Assembly: GCA_951406725.2 (NCBI GenBank)
Contig: OX597832.1
Coordinates: 39,122,001 to 39,186,000, forward strand
DNA: 64,000 nt
DNA from: Octopus vulgaris
Lineage: Eukaryota
Reading direction: 5' to 3'
Within the stretch, counting starts at the first letter, position 1; every line of letters begins with the position of its first letter. Made by a program: the position numbers and the translations under genes. Shown here piece after piece: positions 15,161 to 31,832 of the stretch. The notes under the pieces are model-generated. The model saw nothing but the letters and a program-made list of their open reading frames with translations, made no database searches and was not told the DNA's origin.

Positions 15161-15830
15161 AAGCTTATACATATATACCTAGGTACACACGCGCACACAC
15201 ATACACGCACAAGGACACACACACATATATATATATATATATAGAAACGGATATATAAAAAGAAGTATATATGTGCGTATATATGTACATGTATATATTT
15301 ATGTATGTATGTCAACGTATAAGACTGAAATAATATTGATATAAAACAATATGAACATCACTCTAACGTACAAAAATGTTGAAAACTATAAAACTAATTA
15401 AATACTAGCCATTAATTCATAATTAATTGTATTGTCGAGAGGAGTTCGGATGAAAATTGAAACAAAGTATTGCCTCGTGTTAGACAGTCGTAGACTACTC
15501 AGGGGATTTATTCGCTGCATAATAATTTGTAAGCCAAAGGCGTTTTTTCTTCTTCGTAACGGATTAGGTGTGAAAACACGATTAGTACAAAATCTTCGAA
15601 CATGTCTCGACGGTGAGACAGTCTATTCTAATTTATGTCTAATCTCTTGTTACCGACATAGTACATCACTAGGTTCTTTGGATACGTATTTACCGTGAGT
15701 AAACTCTTGGTTTCTACCAGTGAATTATTTAAAGCCTGAGTTGACTCGTCATTTCAGCAAGAACGCGGTTGGCCGGTTTATGAATATCATTGGCCATTTT
15801 CTGTCTTTGACTACAGACTGCTTAGTATAA

Positions 15831-15861
<31 letters not shown>

Positions 15862-15916
15862 ACGCGTGTGTGTATGTGTATGTGTGTGTGTGTGCGTGCG
15901 TGTGCGTGTGTGTGTG

Positions 15917-15956
<40 letters not shown>

Positions 15957-15991
15957 TGTGTGTCTGTGTCTGTATGTGTCTGTGTGTCTGT

Positions 15992-16029
<38 letters not shown>

Positions 16030-16170
16030 ATATATAAAAGGCTTGAAAAGGGCGACGGAAAGAAGAAAAGAAAACAGAAAAAGCAAGTACGACGAACACC
16101 GAAATTTTTTCAAGTACCAGTGTCGTCCTCTTTCGTGTATTTATATACTCTTTGAATTACACATATATAA

Positions 16171-16208
<38 letters not shown>

Positions 16209-17459
16209 GCTATTAGATGGCCTTGTACTCTTTTGAGTTCGTCCGCCATTTGAACAGATTTTCCTTCACCTACAAGGCACTCAAACTTCACTCTCTTTAC
16301 CAAAGAAGCTTTATGGAATCACCGGTTTGGTCACCGATGGTCCAACCATTCCTAGGGTTATTGACTTACGTGGTTACGAGTAACAAGTCTATATAAATAC
16401 GTATGGATTTGTGAGCGAGTGTAAGCGTATGCATCCCCAAGCACGCATTGATGTAGATCTATACAGCGTTTTTCTTGTTTATTTTTCTTCATACAAAGAT
16501 GTGAGCATACTTCCTATATTTTTACATAGGTCGAAATTGTAGTGTTGTTTGCCTTTATTGATCTGAATTCGTTATTACATATGTATAAAGGCTTGAGAAT
16601 ATGGAAGTACATGTTTGTGATCCATAGATTAAACTCTAAGCCCAACGCACGAATTTTTATCTACCTTCTTGCTTGTGTTAATATTTTACAAATGAGAGGG
16701 ATATAAAAATCTAACTACCCACCTAAGGGCCCTCTAACTTCCAAAAGTAGGGATATATCTATAAAGCCTCTGGATAAGAGCGAAAGAAATTAGACAGGGC
16801 TCAAGGCAAGCATATTTAAAGGCCGTTACTGGCAGCACATAAACCCAGTTAGATGAAAGAAAAGCGAAAATTATATATCTCTTCCTCAATTATTCCGGAA
16901 AATCATGGACCATAACTCACTCTGATAACATAAGTTATTGTTGATAAATAAAATCCATATTCTAATGATCAAGATATTTCAAGTATTATCTGAGAAATAC
17001 CGGATATTAAATGAGGGTTAATACTTCAGTGAAGGACAGAGATACTGTCTAATTGACGTCATAGGAAGTGGTTCCTTCTGAGTAGCATTCAGATCCTTGA
17101 ATGTCTAAAGTCTACTAACCCAAATCTATAGCGTTCAAATCTGACAAGCAATGCGAAGTAATTCCCATTTACTGAGCCTATACCAAAACTGGATAATCTC
17201 ACATTCGTACCCCTGTCAGGATATACGTTCATCCAGCTTACTTTTAACCCGCAACGTATTTGATCAAGTAAACCATCTGTACCAACGAACGATTCATATC
17301 CTTACTGAGCTGCAAACACAGCTTCGTGCTTCGTATTTTGTTTGACTGATGACAAATATTACGCACGTTTATATGAAGCTACAAGAAACTATGTATATAT
17401 ACATATACATACATGAATTCACACACGCACATACACACACAAACACATACACACACACG

Positions 17460-17521
<62 letters not shown>

Positions 17522-17535
17522 TATACATATACATC

Positions 17536-17573
<38 letters not shown>

Positions 17574-18401
17574 CATACATACATACATACATACATACAT
17601 ACATACATACATACATACATACATACATAATTATACATTTTTTTAAAACACTACGAAACCTAGAAAATTCTATGCACTTAAGTTTAATAGAGAACATCGC
17701 TAAAATTACGGAGCCATTGATTCTCTTGAGCCTAATCTCTCTCTCACTCTCTCTCTCTTTCTCTCACTCTTTCTCTCTCTTTCTCTCTCTCTCTTTCTTT
17801 CTCTCTCTCTCTCTCTCTCTCATACATTTATGTGTGTCTCTTTGTGTGTGTACAAATGTATGTAATTGCATACAAGCACACAGGCACACACACACGCACA
17901 CACATATATATATATACACATTCACACACACAGGTAACTGAAGGTGTGTGTGTGAATGCACACAAGTGTGGGTGATGTACGTTATGCATTCAACGCACAG
18001 AGATAAGTATGCATTTGTGTATATTCGTTTGTGAATATATAATTATGCCGGAGTGTATATAAATGGGACACTGTCAATTAGTACAAATATGTAAACACAG
18101 CCTTAGAGTGCATCGGTTGTAATACGAATGCTTGTTTTCGCCTTTCTATCTTCTTATTCTCATGGTTATTTGCTTTTTTTTTTGGACATTTTTAGCTGTT
18201 TTGGTTTTGTCTTTTAAACATTGTTTCATATGAGTTGTAATTGTGACAGCAGCTCGGAGGAAAAATCAATATAAATATACACACTTGTCCACCGATAAAT
18301 ACATTGATACACACACATACACACACACACACAGACATAGACACACACGCGCACGCACACACACGGACATACACAGATCAATACAGATATGAACGCACAT
18401 G

Positions 18402-18433
<32 letters not shown>

Positions 18434-18466
18434 AACATACATAAATGTGTGTGTGTGTTCGTGTGT

Positions 18467-18532
<66 letters not shown>

Positions 18533-18533
18533 G

Positions 18534-18602
<69 letters not shown>

Positions 18603-18762
18603 ATTGATGTATATTTATGTACAGACATACATATATATATACATATACATATCCATCTACACACACACACATATATATACATGATATATAATATAGAGAT
18701 ATGTATTGTATATAATTTTAAAATCTATATCTACATAATATATTATACATTATATGACATGG

Positions 18763-18818
<56 letters not shown>

Positions 18819-19589
18819 CACATGTGCAATATACAGCGATGTGTGATATAAAGAGAGAGAGAGAAAGGAAGAAAAAGAGGACGAGAGGCAGAGATAACAG
18901 AATAGAATAGAGTTGAGAAGTGCTAGGATTTTGGAATGTCACAGTGACAGAGAGAGAGGGGAGGAGAGAGAGAGAGAGAGAGAGAGAGTGAGTGAGTGAG
19001 ACAGACAAACGGGGAGTGTGTTTGGGAGAGTGAGAAAGTATGGAGAAAGGGGGAGTGCAAAGTGTGAATGTGTGAATTTCTGTGTTTTTGTGTGTGGGGG
19101 TGTTATGTACGTTGTAGAGTGAAGAGAATAAGAAAAAGCACTTGAAAAACGTGGTGATAAAGAGAAAAGAAGAGTGAGAGAGAGAGAAAGGGGACGAAAG
19201 GAGCAAAGAGAGAGAACGAAAAGGAGAGAGATATACAGACACAGAGACACGCAGAAAGAGAAGAAATGTGTGCTTTTTTAGCGTATGTCTGTATGTGTGT
19301 TTATTTATATGAGTGTGTTTAAGGTCTTGCATGTATGTTTGGGAGAGAGAGAGAGAGAGAGAAAGAAAGAGAGAGAGAGAGGGGGAGAGAAAGCGAGAGA
19401 GAGGGGGGAGAGAGGGAGGCAGAGAAAGCGAGAGTGAGAGAGAGAGGGAGAGAAAGAGAGAGAGGAGGGAGAGGGAGAGGAAGGGAGAGAGGGGAGAAAG
19501 AGAGAGAGAGAGAAGTTGTGTGCCTTTTACTGTGTGTCTATGTTAGTTTAATATATGTATGCCTGTGTGTTTCATTTCGGGCGGGCGGG

Positions 19590-19636
<47 letters not shown>

Positions 19637-20599
19637 CTGAGTGTGTGTGTGTGTGTGTGTGTGTAGCTGGGTGGGTGTGAAGTATGTGGGAGTGTAAATG
19701 ATGGATGTCATCATTTTGAATTTTCCTCGTTTTCTGTTTCTCCAATTGGTTGGGGGGGGGGGGGGCGTCCATAACGTGAAAGATGTTCTAACGAAGATAA
19801 AGATAAGGAGAGAAACAACATGACAGACAGGCAAACGTGGAGAACCTCCAAGGAATGCAAATTGATTCGGGTGATCGCCTTACGTTAATCTCTTTCTCAA
19901 CTGCATTTCTCAACTCCATAAGCGTTGGGAATTAACTTCAGTCAGAAATCGAAACCAGGTTCCTGATATGTCTCAACACGAATGCTACCTATGACACAAG
20001 CTGGTCTGCAGATCATCAAGATGATTATTTTTAAAATTGGTTCATGGCATAAGAGTAGTAATGGTTAAAACAATAAATACGTATCAGTCTTTGAGCTAAG
20101 GCTGCTGTTTTCAATTAGCTTTGCCATGTATATATCCCACCACAAACTGGACTATTGAATTTCAGTGTGGATGGCGTCCCTGAGTAATTATCAACAATAA
20201 TTTATCTAGGAAGAAAGACACGTGAGAAGGGGAGTCGTTGAAGAGGTCACAGAGTGGGAGTCGCTGAAGAGGTCACAGAATGTGCGAGGAAGTATTTGAG
20301 ACAAATCACACTGGCATAAGAATAATAGTAACTCTGAAATGAAGAACAAACACGTATTACGTGTAGTTTATTGGTTAAAAAAATATATGACAATCTCCAG
20401 ATATAACAATATGTGTTTCAATACACAATTTCACATCAAGAATCTCACAAAACAAATACACAAACGGAATTTCATTGATTTACTGGAGCCAGAAATTAAC
20501 AAGGACAGCTCAGTTTGATCTCAGAATGTGTAGGGATATTACGAGATAAAAACCAAACGATTCTTCACTTAGTTCAAAGCTGTACATGTTCGATTCAGT

Positions 20600-20903
20600 C
20601 TTCTTTTACTTGTTTCGGTCATTAATCTGTAGCCATTTTGGGTTATCGCATTGAAAGGATTGGTCGAAAACGTCGTTTCTGTATTTATTAGTTTTTAAAG
20701 TCTGGTGTCACTTTACCGGTCTATTTTACAGAACCTCTAACTTACAGCGACGTAAACAAACAATGGAGAGGTTGTCAAGCGGTGGATTAAAGGCAAACAC
20801 AAAGAGAAGGACGTCCGTGCGCAGTCACGCACATACACACACATACACACTCACAAACACACAAACATACACGTACACATACATACATACATACATACAT
20901 ACA

Positions 20904-20939
<36 letters not shown>

Positions 20940-20963
20940 TATATACATACATACATACATACA

Positions 20964-20999
<36 letters not shown>

Positions 21000-21037
21000 T
21001 ATATATACATGCATACATACATACATACATACATACA

Positions 21038-21071
<34 letters not shown>

Positions 21072-21465
21072 GTTGGAATTTAGAAAAAAACAAAAGACGA
21101 AGACAGGTGTATAAACAACAAACAGGTGTATTAGTTTAACGCTCAGGAATGTGAGAAAGTCTTTTACGTTTCGAGCCTACGCTCTTGAACAGAAAAGAAC
21201 ACGAGAAAATAAACAGAGAGAATTAAAAAAAGCTTCAGTTGCTATGTATGTATGTATGTATGTATGTATGTATGTATGTATGTATGTATGTATGCATGCA
21301 TGTATGCATGCATGTATGTATACGTCGAGCTTCCACTACAGAGATTTCCTTTCAAGGCATTGGTTAGCTCTACACAATAATAGAAGACACATGCCCAAGG
21401 TGCCGCGCAATGGGACTAAATCTGAAACCACGTAGTTTCTTAACCACACATCCATGTTCGCGCCT
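20600..21465 (-). mobile_element. Diverged SINE family 2 copy split by expanded (TACA)n and a nested family G insertion
   Basis: 3' half at 20600-20790 and 5' half at 21320-21465, in consistent order and orientation. Confidence 0.7.
21070..21240 (-). mobile_element. Dispersed repeat family G carrying a hammerhead-like motif (21161-21197)
   Basis: Reverse-complement homolog of 25790-25975 and 45170-45330. Confidence 0.75.
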
Positions 21466-21710
21466 ATATAGCAATAATATTAATTTCTTTCTCACAGGAG
21501 AAAGTGCAATGCATACGAACATTCACTGGGCCATGAAGACTGATGGAAAGATGCTTTCATAAGAACGGAGAGCTGGTAAGATTGCTTGTAAGGGCCACAA
21601 GTGATTTGTAATTAACCCGGGAGACAAACTATTGATGAAAGGTAATGCAGAGACAATAACACAAGCATTGCTGGTTATATCACAGCTCAGTTTAATATTC
21701 TGTAGCTCAG

Positions 21711-21741
<31 letters not shown>

Positions 21742-22329
21742 AACGATAAGTATGATGCTTAAGTCTGATTTTGAACGTATTTTCCGTGAGCCGAACTAGT
21801 TCCCTACGATGCCTTCTACAGGTATTATTTTCCACCCTATTATTGTGTTTACATACCTTCCTCCACACACACACAATATTTGCATAGTAACTTATAAACC
21901 AACGGGGGATCCTCTAGAGACTGTTGTTCGACATGCATGAATGTTCCCGAAATCTTCAAATCGCAACTTACTGTATTAATATATGAGGAATACATTGGAT
22001 AATATACTACACTCTTTCTGAGAACTAAGACAGAATGCTCATGGCTTCTACACAGACACACAAAAATACACACACACGCACACACAATCGCATATGCACA
22101 CACCCACACATACATAAACACACACAAATACATGTTCATAATCACACAACACACACACACGCACATAAATACTTATATTTGTATATATATACGTTTGGCG
22201 CACATACGTTCACATAGCAAATTAAATAGCTACTTGGTGTTTATAACAATGGAGAGGTTAGAGCTAAATTTAATTCATCCATACCTTAAGGTGAATTATG
22301 ATTATTAATTAGGTTAACGGTTACCAAAA

Positions 22330-23800
<1,471 letters not shown>

Positions 23801-24351
23801 GCAGTTAAACTGGGGCCATGCTAGAGCTAGGGTCTTCAATGATTTTAGTCGATAATATCGATCCAAGTATTAAGTCTATAGATCGCTGTTTATAGAATCG
23901 GCATGTTACATTTTTAATGGGAAGGAACGCAACTCCTCTATCGGTAAGAATAAGCGCAGAGACGCAGGCACGAACTCGGGCATAAATACGTGTGTGCGTG
24001 TGTGTGTGTATGTGTGTGTGTATATATGCGTGTGTGTATGCGTGTGTGTGAGTGTGTGTGTGTATGCGTGTGTGTGTGTCACGCCTGGGAAATACAACCA
24101 CAAGTCTGTCCTTTCACGCAAAGATGTACCGACAGGGGTGTCACCTTCTACGTGTGGAACAGGATTGCAGGGACATAAAGAGAACTCGAACTACGCATCT
24201 CCACAGTTACCTCCTTACCTTCGGGCCCGACCGACCAATAGTGTCTGACCCGCAGCAGGGCCTTCCGAGCACGCATCGGACTGAGGGTTCTTGGCATCTA
24301 AGGTTATTGTAGCCCGATGTCAGAATTTTTTCTTTACCAAGAGTTTAATCC

Positions 24352-24420
<69 letters not shown>

Positions 24421-25143
24421 CACAAATTTAATGACATCTCCATCAGTACCATGACATCTTCCTCATGATAACTTCATCATTCTTTATAGATATCAACATG
24501 ATCATAATAACCACTTTCAACAGCATTAGCAATAACAAGAACAACAACATGAATAACAAAGCAATATTAACAAGAAAAAAAAACATAGGAAAAGGAACTA
24601 TTCCCACAATGATATTGACTTTCTTTACCGGAAACGATGATGTGACAGAATCACGTGACAGATCCACTGGTGAAGCAATAAGAAAAATGTAAATCATAAA
24701 AAAATTAAAAATGGAATCCATGGAAAATAACTTCGATTTAATTTCGTTTATTTTTTTTAATCTTTTGTTTTTGTTTTTTTAGTTTGAGTTTTTTTTTTGG
24801 GGGGGATCGATGAGGGCGGGGTGCCGGTTACAATAAATACTGTCATGGAGTTTGTTGAAACATTCCTATTACATCAACAATAGGAAACAGAACGAGATTT
24901 CATTGCATGTTTGATTAAAACAAAAACAAAAGGAATAAAAGAGAGAAGGAAAAGTTTTAATACTGAGAAAGAAAAAAAATGAATAAATAAATAAATAACA
25001 AAAACAGAAGAAAAGGAAGTTGGTTGGAAAGAAGAAGGAAGAGTGGGGAAAAAATGCTAACCTGCCAAATGTTTACATTCTTGTAAATTTTACAGAACGA
25101 CAAAAACATTTCAAGATGAAAAAAATAGATGAGAAACAATGTT

Positions 25144-25145
<2 letters not shown>

Positions 25146-25224
<79 letters not shown>

Positions 25225-25284
25225 AAGAAGAAGAAGAAGAAGAAGAAGAAGAAGAAGAAGAAGAAGAAGAAGAAGAAGAAGAAG

Positions 25285-25315
<31 letters not shown>

Positions 25316-25316
25316 G

Positions 25317-25371
<55 letters not shown>

Positions 25372-25555
25372 AAGAAGAAGAAGAAGAAGAAGAAGAAGGA
25401 GAAGAAGAAGAAGAAGAAGAAGAAGAAGAAGAAGAAGACGATGGTGCAAAGAAGAAGTAATAATAATAATAAATATAATAAAAAAAAAAAATAGAAGAAG
25501 AAGAAGAAGAAGAAGAAGAAGAAGAAGAAGAAGAAGAAGAAGAAGAAGAAGAAGG
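25146..25555. repeat. Compound (TAA)n/(GAA)n/(TAG)n microsatellite
   Basis: Directly visible. Confidence 0.95.
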
Positions 25556-25834
25556 CGGCAGGTATTACTGTGTGATTAAAAAGCTTGGAAGCACATGGTT
25601 TCTGGTTTAGTCACATGACGTGGCACTTCAGTCAAGTGTTTTCTACCATAACACCGCAACGACTTGTGTCTCGGAGGGGAACTTTCTAGGAGCAATCTTA
25701 TGTTCTTTCGTGACGAAGAGAGTCTTTGCGTTTACACACACATACACAAACACACAGATGTCGGGCATTCGCCTTGATAGATCGCTAACCACTACACCAT
25801 TTTCTATTTTCTCTCCTTGTTTATTTCTGTGTCC

Positions 25835-25870
25835 CTTTCTGTGGAAGAGCGTAGGCTCGAAACGTTAAAG
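25835..25870 (+). ncRNA. Hammerhead-like motif with variant core (family G)
   Basis: CTTT-CTGTGGA-A-GAGC GTAG GCTC-GAAA-CG-TT-AAAG. Stems I and II and GAAA are correctly placed, but the core has U instead of A6. Confidence 0.45.
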
Positions 25871-26927
25871 ACTTTTTCACTCCCCGAGCGTTATACTAAT
25901 ACATCTGTTTGTTGTCTACACCACCTATCTTCGTCTTCTGTTTTTTTGTTTTTTTTTTTGTGAATTCTCCCCCTGGAGTCGACGTAATCGACAATTCCCT
26001 TCCTTCAAAATTTTAGGCCTTGTGCTCTTAGTAGAAAGAATTATTTTGAGACATAATAGGCTGGTGAGCTGACAGAATCGTTTGCACGACGGGAAGATGC
26101 TTGGCGGCATTTCGTCCGTCTTTACGTTAAATTCCACTGCGATTGACTTTACATGTCATCCTTTCGGGTTCGATAAAACGAGTAGCAGTTAAACACCGGA
26201 GTCGATGTGATCGACTCACCCCTCCTACGAAACTGCTTGCCTGGTGACAAAATGTTAAAACATTATTTTTAGTTATATTCGTTCCGTAACGTTTATTCGT
26301 GCTTTTTTTTTGTATTTTTTTTTTTTCAAAGGTAAATGTGTTTCCTTTTATGCGAGATCCGAATAGTCGCATTCCAATGGCTAAAACAAGAAGGAAACAA
26401 AAATGATGTCTGCACTGCCCTTCAAGAATCTCATGGCAACAGCAATGGCCACATTCGACCGATTGAAGCCATCAAAAGAGTAAAAGGGAAAATAATAAAA
26501 ATGAATGAGGTTCTCTCGTTTTTTTTTTTTTTGCTAATTCAAGTGATTTCAAATCGCCATGCATATTGATTCTCAGACAAAAATTAATCATTCTTCCGCT
26601 GAAAGGGTTAACGACAAAAGTACATGAGAAATCGAAATACGAAACTATGGAGAGAATAAAAAAAAAAAGCTAACTGCAATCAACGTGAGTTGACGATGAA
26701 GTTAAAAACAACGAGGACAAACAACACTAAAGAACAATAAAGAAACAGATAAATGAGTTGCCAGCAACGAAAAGTGATTTATTTGCCAAGACCTGCGCTC
26801 TAATTATCTTTTGATATTTTTTATTTAACTTTTGCGCGTTGTCCACGATCGATTATAATTATACATGTACACTGACACACACTGACGCACTCACGCACAT
26901 TCATACACTCACTCACATAAAAACTAA

Positions 26928-26967
<40 letters not shown>

Positions 26968-27160
26968 GGGAGTGTATATATATGCATAATTATATATATA
27001 TACTAAAACAAATGTATGTTCACATCTATCTTATACATACGTACATGTGTGCTTATATACATTCAAACATACAAACATATATATATATGCGCACATACAA
27101 TTCACACATATAAACATAGATATGAAATAAATATATATGCATGTGTGTGTATATACATAT

Positions 27161-27202
<42 letters not shown>

Positions 27203-27262
27203 TATATATTATATATTATATATTATATATTATATATATACACATGTATACGAATATACATG

Positions 27263-27315
<53 letters not shown>

Positions 27316-27524
27316 ATGTATATGAATGCGTGTGTATGTGTAAGAATATATGTGCCAGAGGAGTTACCTGCCTGTGTGTGAAAGAGTGTATGTGCAAGTA
27401 TGTAGTTTTGCTGAATCTCGACTCAATAAATTTTTATCTTGAATTCGTTTCACACATGACTTACTAAATGAATACATCCATTTATACAGAAATACTCAAA
27501 AAACATGTTTCTTCCCTGTCGTCA

Positions 27525-27694
<170 letters not shown>

Positions 27695-27790
27695 TATATT
27701 CTTGCATGCATTTATAGATATATATGTATGCGTGTATATATGTATATAATATATCAAATATATATTTATATATATACATATGTAAGGCAG

Positions 27791-27859
<69 letters not shown>

Positions 27860-28138
27860 CACATATATATATACATATATGTATATACATACATATATAT
27901 ATATATATATATCTTATTATATATATATATATTCATATATTATCATTTATGTCTTACTTGTTTCAATCATTAATCTGTGGTCATGCTGGGGCACCACCTT
28001 CAATAATTTTTAGAATGGATCGACCCCAATTTGTGTTCTTTTAAACCTTGGTTCTTATTCTGTCGGTATCTTTCGCTAAGAATAAGGGGAAGTAAATAAA
28101 GGTCCACAAAGATACAAACACGTACACGCATACACACG

Positions 28139-28239
<101 letters not shown>

Positions 28240-28730
28240 AAACGACGCGCTTCTTTCAGTTTCCGTCTAGCAAATCCACTCAGAAGAAATTCGTCAACCC
28301 GAGGCTTGAGCTAAAAACAATTGACTGCTCTATCATCGAACACGTACTTCATTTTTTAGCTGTTTGTGAAACAATGTCCATATCTTCGATTCACACAGTA
28401 GAGTTTTTAATAATATTGATTGATGTTGCTTCAAAATATTCTCTGAAACATTCGAATGCTTAGCTGACGTTGATGGATCTACAGTTTGTTTCATCAGGTG
28501 GGGGAGGGGCTACCATCACTTACATACATACACACATACATATGTACGTACGTACATACTTAACTACATACATGCATATATATAAATATATGTATATGTA
28601 TTTTTATGCATGTATATATATATTGCATATTTGGTCAGTCCGAGGCTATAGTAGAAGACGCCCATAGTACCACGCACTGATAACATATATGTGTATATAT
28701 ATATATATATTATCACTACGTGGCACTTTG

Positions 28731-28875
28731 TAATAGTTATCGCCAAGCTAATTTGGTAGACCAGGAAAATAGGACGAATGCTGCCGTTGATTACCTCCAA
28801 GAGGCCATCGCTTCTAACTAGCTATGTGACACATAAACCTCTGTCCATTATAACCTTTCAACAGTGGAGGTCATC
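28731..28875. mobile_element. Family F diverged copy
   Basis: TAATAGTTATCGCCA...CTCCAAGAGGCCATCGC...GTCCATTATAACCTT aligns with 8851-8965 and with the reverse of 37410-37556. Confidence 0.65.
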
Positions 28876-29051
28876 AGCTTCCCCTTGCAGGTTTCACAAC
28901 CACAGACTAGTTTCGGGGTAGTTGGCCCCTATCAACGGCAGCATTTGTCCTATTTCCTTGGACCGCCTTGTTAGCTTGGTGATAATGATTAATATCCAGT
29001 ACCGCTCCATCATGGCCAGAGTTAAGTGACTGTAACAAATAAAAGAATATG

Positions 29052-29086
<35 letters not shown>

Positions 29087-29153
29087 GTATGTATATATAT
29101 ATATATGTATATATATATGTATGTATATATATATATGTATGTATATATGTATG

Positions 29154-29206
<53 letters not shown>

Positions 29207-29310
29207 AAATTCAACGGAATAAACGAGGCAGCACAGAAAGATTAATTTATGGCCGTACGAGCTATACGTTAGTAGTGTAACGCGCGACATGTTGAAGTGA
29301 GAAAAGCGTA

Positions 29311-29346
29311 CTGTAACGTCTCGGACGTCAGTCCATCATCAGAAAG
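29311..29346 (-). ncRNA. Degenerate minimal type I hammerhead
   Basis: Minus strand: CTTT-CTGATGA-T-GGAC TGAC GTCC-GAGA-CG-TT-ACAG. Stem II is perfect; GAAA is mutated to GAGA. Confidence 0.5.
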
Positions 29347-31431
29347 AAAGAAATATAGAATTAAAGAGAACTGAGGGAAAGAGAGAATAACTGTTTAATA
29401 AGATAAGTATGAGTAAATTTTCGCATATGAATTTAGCTATTGATGTTTCAGTTGAATGTATATATTTATATATATACTTGTTTTTGTATATGTGCGGGTG
29501 TGTCGCCTGTGTGTGTGTATGTATATGCATACAGATTGATATGTATGTATTTGTTATGTTCGTGTGTGTGTGTATATACATGTATGTGCATAGAGAGATA
29601 CACACTCGTCTGGTATGTATATGTTTTCCAATCATTTTCCGAGTTAATTATCCACAAAGATGTGCGTTCAGACATACGATAGACGTAGCCAATTATGTTG
29701 GTGTTTGCTGTTTGTTGTCATTAATTGGACTTTTTACACTGTCGCTGTAACATAAAAGCAACATTAATTACAGAAAACGCGTCCCTGTTTTATTTTCCGA
29801 AATTAATGGCAAGATCTAGTCATTAAGGGGACATGGAGATTAACTGCGAAGTTTAATTATGTCTATGTAATTGCAGGTTAGAAGGCGACACTTTTGTGTG
29901 AAATTGCAATTGGTAGATTCCACAATGAGACAGGAAAGTCTTGCGGCTTCCTACCAAACATTCTGGTTTGTTTCGGTTTAAATATACAGAAGGAAAGTTA
30001 ACGAGCGAGCCTCTGCATCATCGCGTAACCTGCGGAAAATAAAAACCAAAATACTTCAAATATTACTGTTTAGCTGTTTAAGGGGACACCAATATTGGAC
30101 AGTATTGTCCTACATATATTGTCCCACATTTACGAAAATGCCAGATACTTAGAACTGATTTGAAGCTAACAGCAATGTATTCAAACGTTTCTCTCGGCGG
30201 GCTAACGATTCTGCCAGCTCGCTGCCTTATATAGAAAAATATAAAAGAAGAGAGAATCAATACTCTCTTTTGGTATGCCACAGATTAGCGCTTCTCCTTA
30301 GACTTATCTACAGACCGTCTGAGTGTTAGTAGAGGGAGCTGTGTACCATTGAATCATTGTTACCACCATGCGCATAAACAGCTTTCTTCAGCTATGCAAC
30401 CTACATATCAGTTTGACATAAGATCATCTCACTACACTTCGAACTTACAATAATCATTACAACTGTTAACCACAGCTTCATACGAGCCATCCATTTCTCA
30501 CGTTATTCGTTTTATATACACAAACTAAGCCAACTTCGCCAAGTTGCATAAAGGCTGAAAGGTATGGACGAATAGTTTGCTGCTGCCACCAGCCATTTTC
30601 TAGTCTTCGCAGCTATTATAGCCAAGAGCTATTTTTCAACTTTCACTGTAATTACATCCACAAGTCATTTGTAGCTTACATATTTACAGCTAGACGTCTT
30701 TCTTCCGCCATTTCAACAACCGAATCTCTTAATCTCCTTTGAGCTAGTCTTAATACACGTGCTTAGCTAAATCTATACACAGAGTATTAAATTATTACTG
30801 CCAATTCCCGAAAAAGGAAACTGTATTTCCCTCCTTTTTTTCCTGGCACTCTACAATGAGAAACTGATTCATAAACATTTTCTATTAAGTATTTTACAGA
30901 TGTAATGAAAAATAATTTACTCGTATTTGTATTTCATAATTCTACAAACTTATTTCTGTATCTTGTTCTTTCGCAATAAAATATGAGTATTAAATTACTC
31001 TAAAAAAATAACGGGATTTTTATGTTAATTTTGACTTATTCTTTTATATGACCGCGAGCTGTTGTTTTATATTGGAGTGTACTGATGTTTTATATAACAC
31101 TTGAAATGCTGAGTCGTTTTATTTTCAGCTGTTCTTTTATATTACTTTCAATAATAAATATTTCTCCATATAGACTGACAGAGATATACACTGGTATTGT
31201 TCCAATATATCTTAAAACATTGTCTTCGTATCTTCATATATATGTATGTATGTACATATATATACAGTTTCGATAAGAGCCAATGCATGAAACTTTCAGA
31301 CTTTGATTAATAAAAATATAATATATTTCATATATCTTATTTTATTTACATATAATTTTTTATGGCTACACACACCCATATATATAATGTGTATGTATAT
31401 ACATATATATATATATATATAAATATATGTG

Positions 31432-31533
<102 letters not shown>

Positions 31534-31798
31534 TGTATCTATGTATATATATATGCATGTCCTCAATGTACTTTTCAACGACTATTGAAAAATAAAAGTT
31601 TTAGAAAAAATGAGTGAAAACAACCGGTGAGTTTGTTAAATAAGAAGGCACTAAAAGAGAATGACTCTCCCCAGACACAACAAAATTACACTTATATATT
31701 TTATATTTATTAACGATACACAAGATCAATATGTGTGTATATGTTTGCGCGTGCGTGTATATCCATGCATGTATACGTATAAGACGCTTTAAATTTAT

Positions 31799-31832
<34 letters not shown>

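Noticed and set aside
16250-17345. Possible decayed LINE RT (VFDQVNH resembles AFDRVDH)
   Set aside because: A single weak motif with no neighbouring RT motifs recognised.
20230-20281. 26-bp tandem duplication (also 59751-59795 and 46742-46769)
   Set aside because: Ordinary two-copy local duplications.
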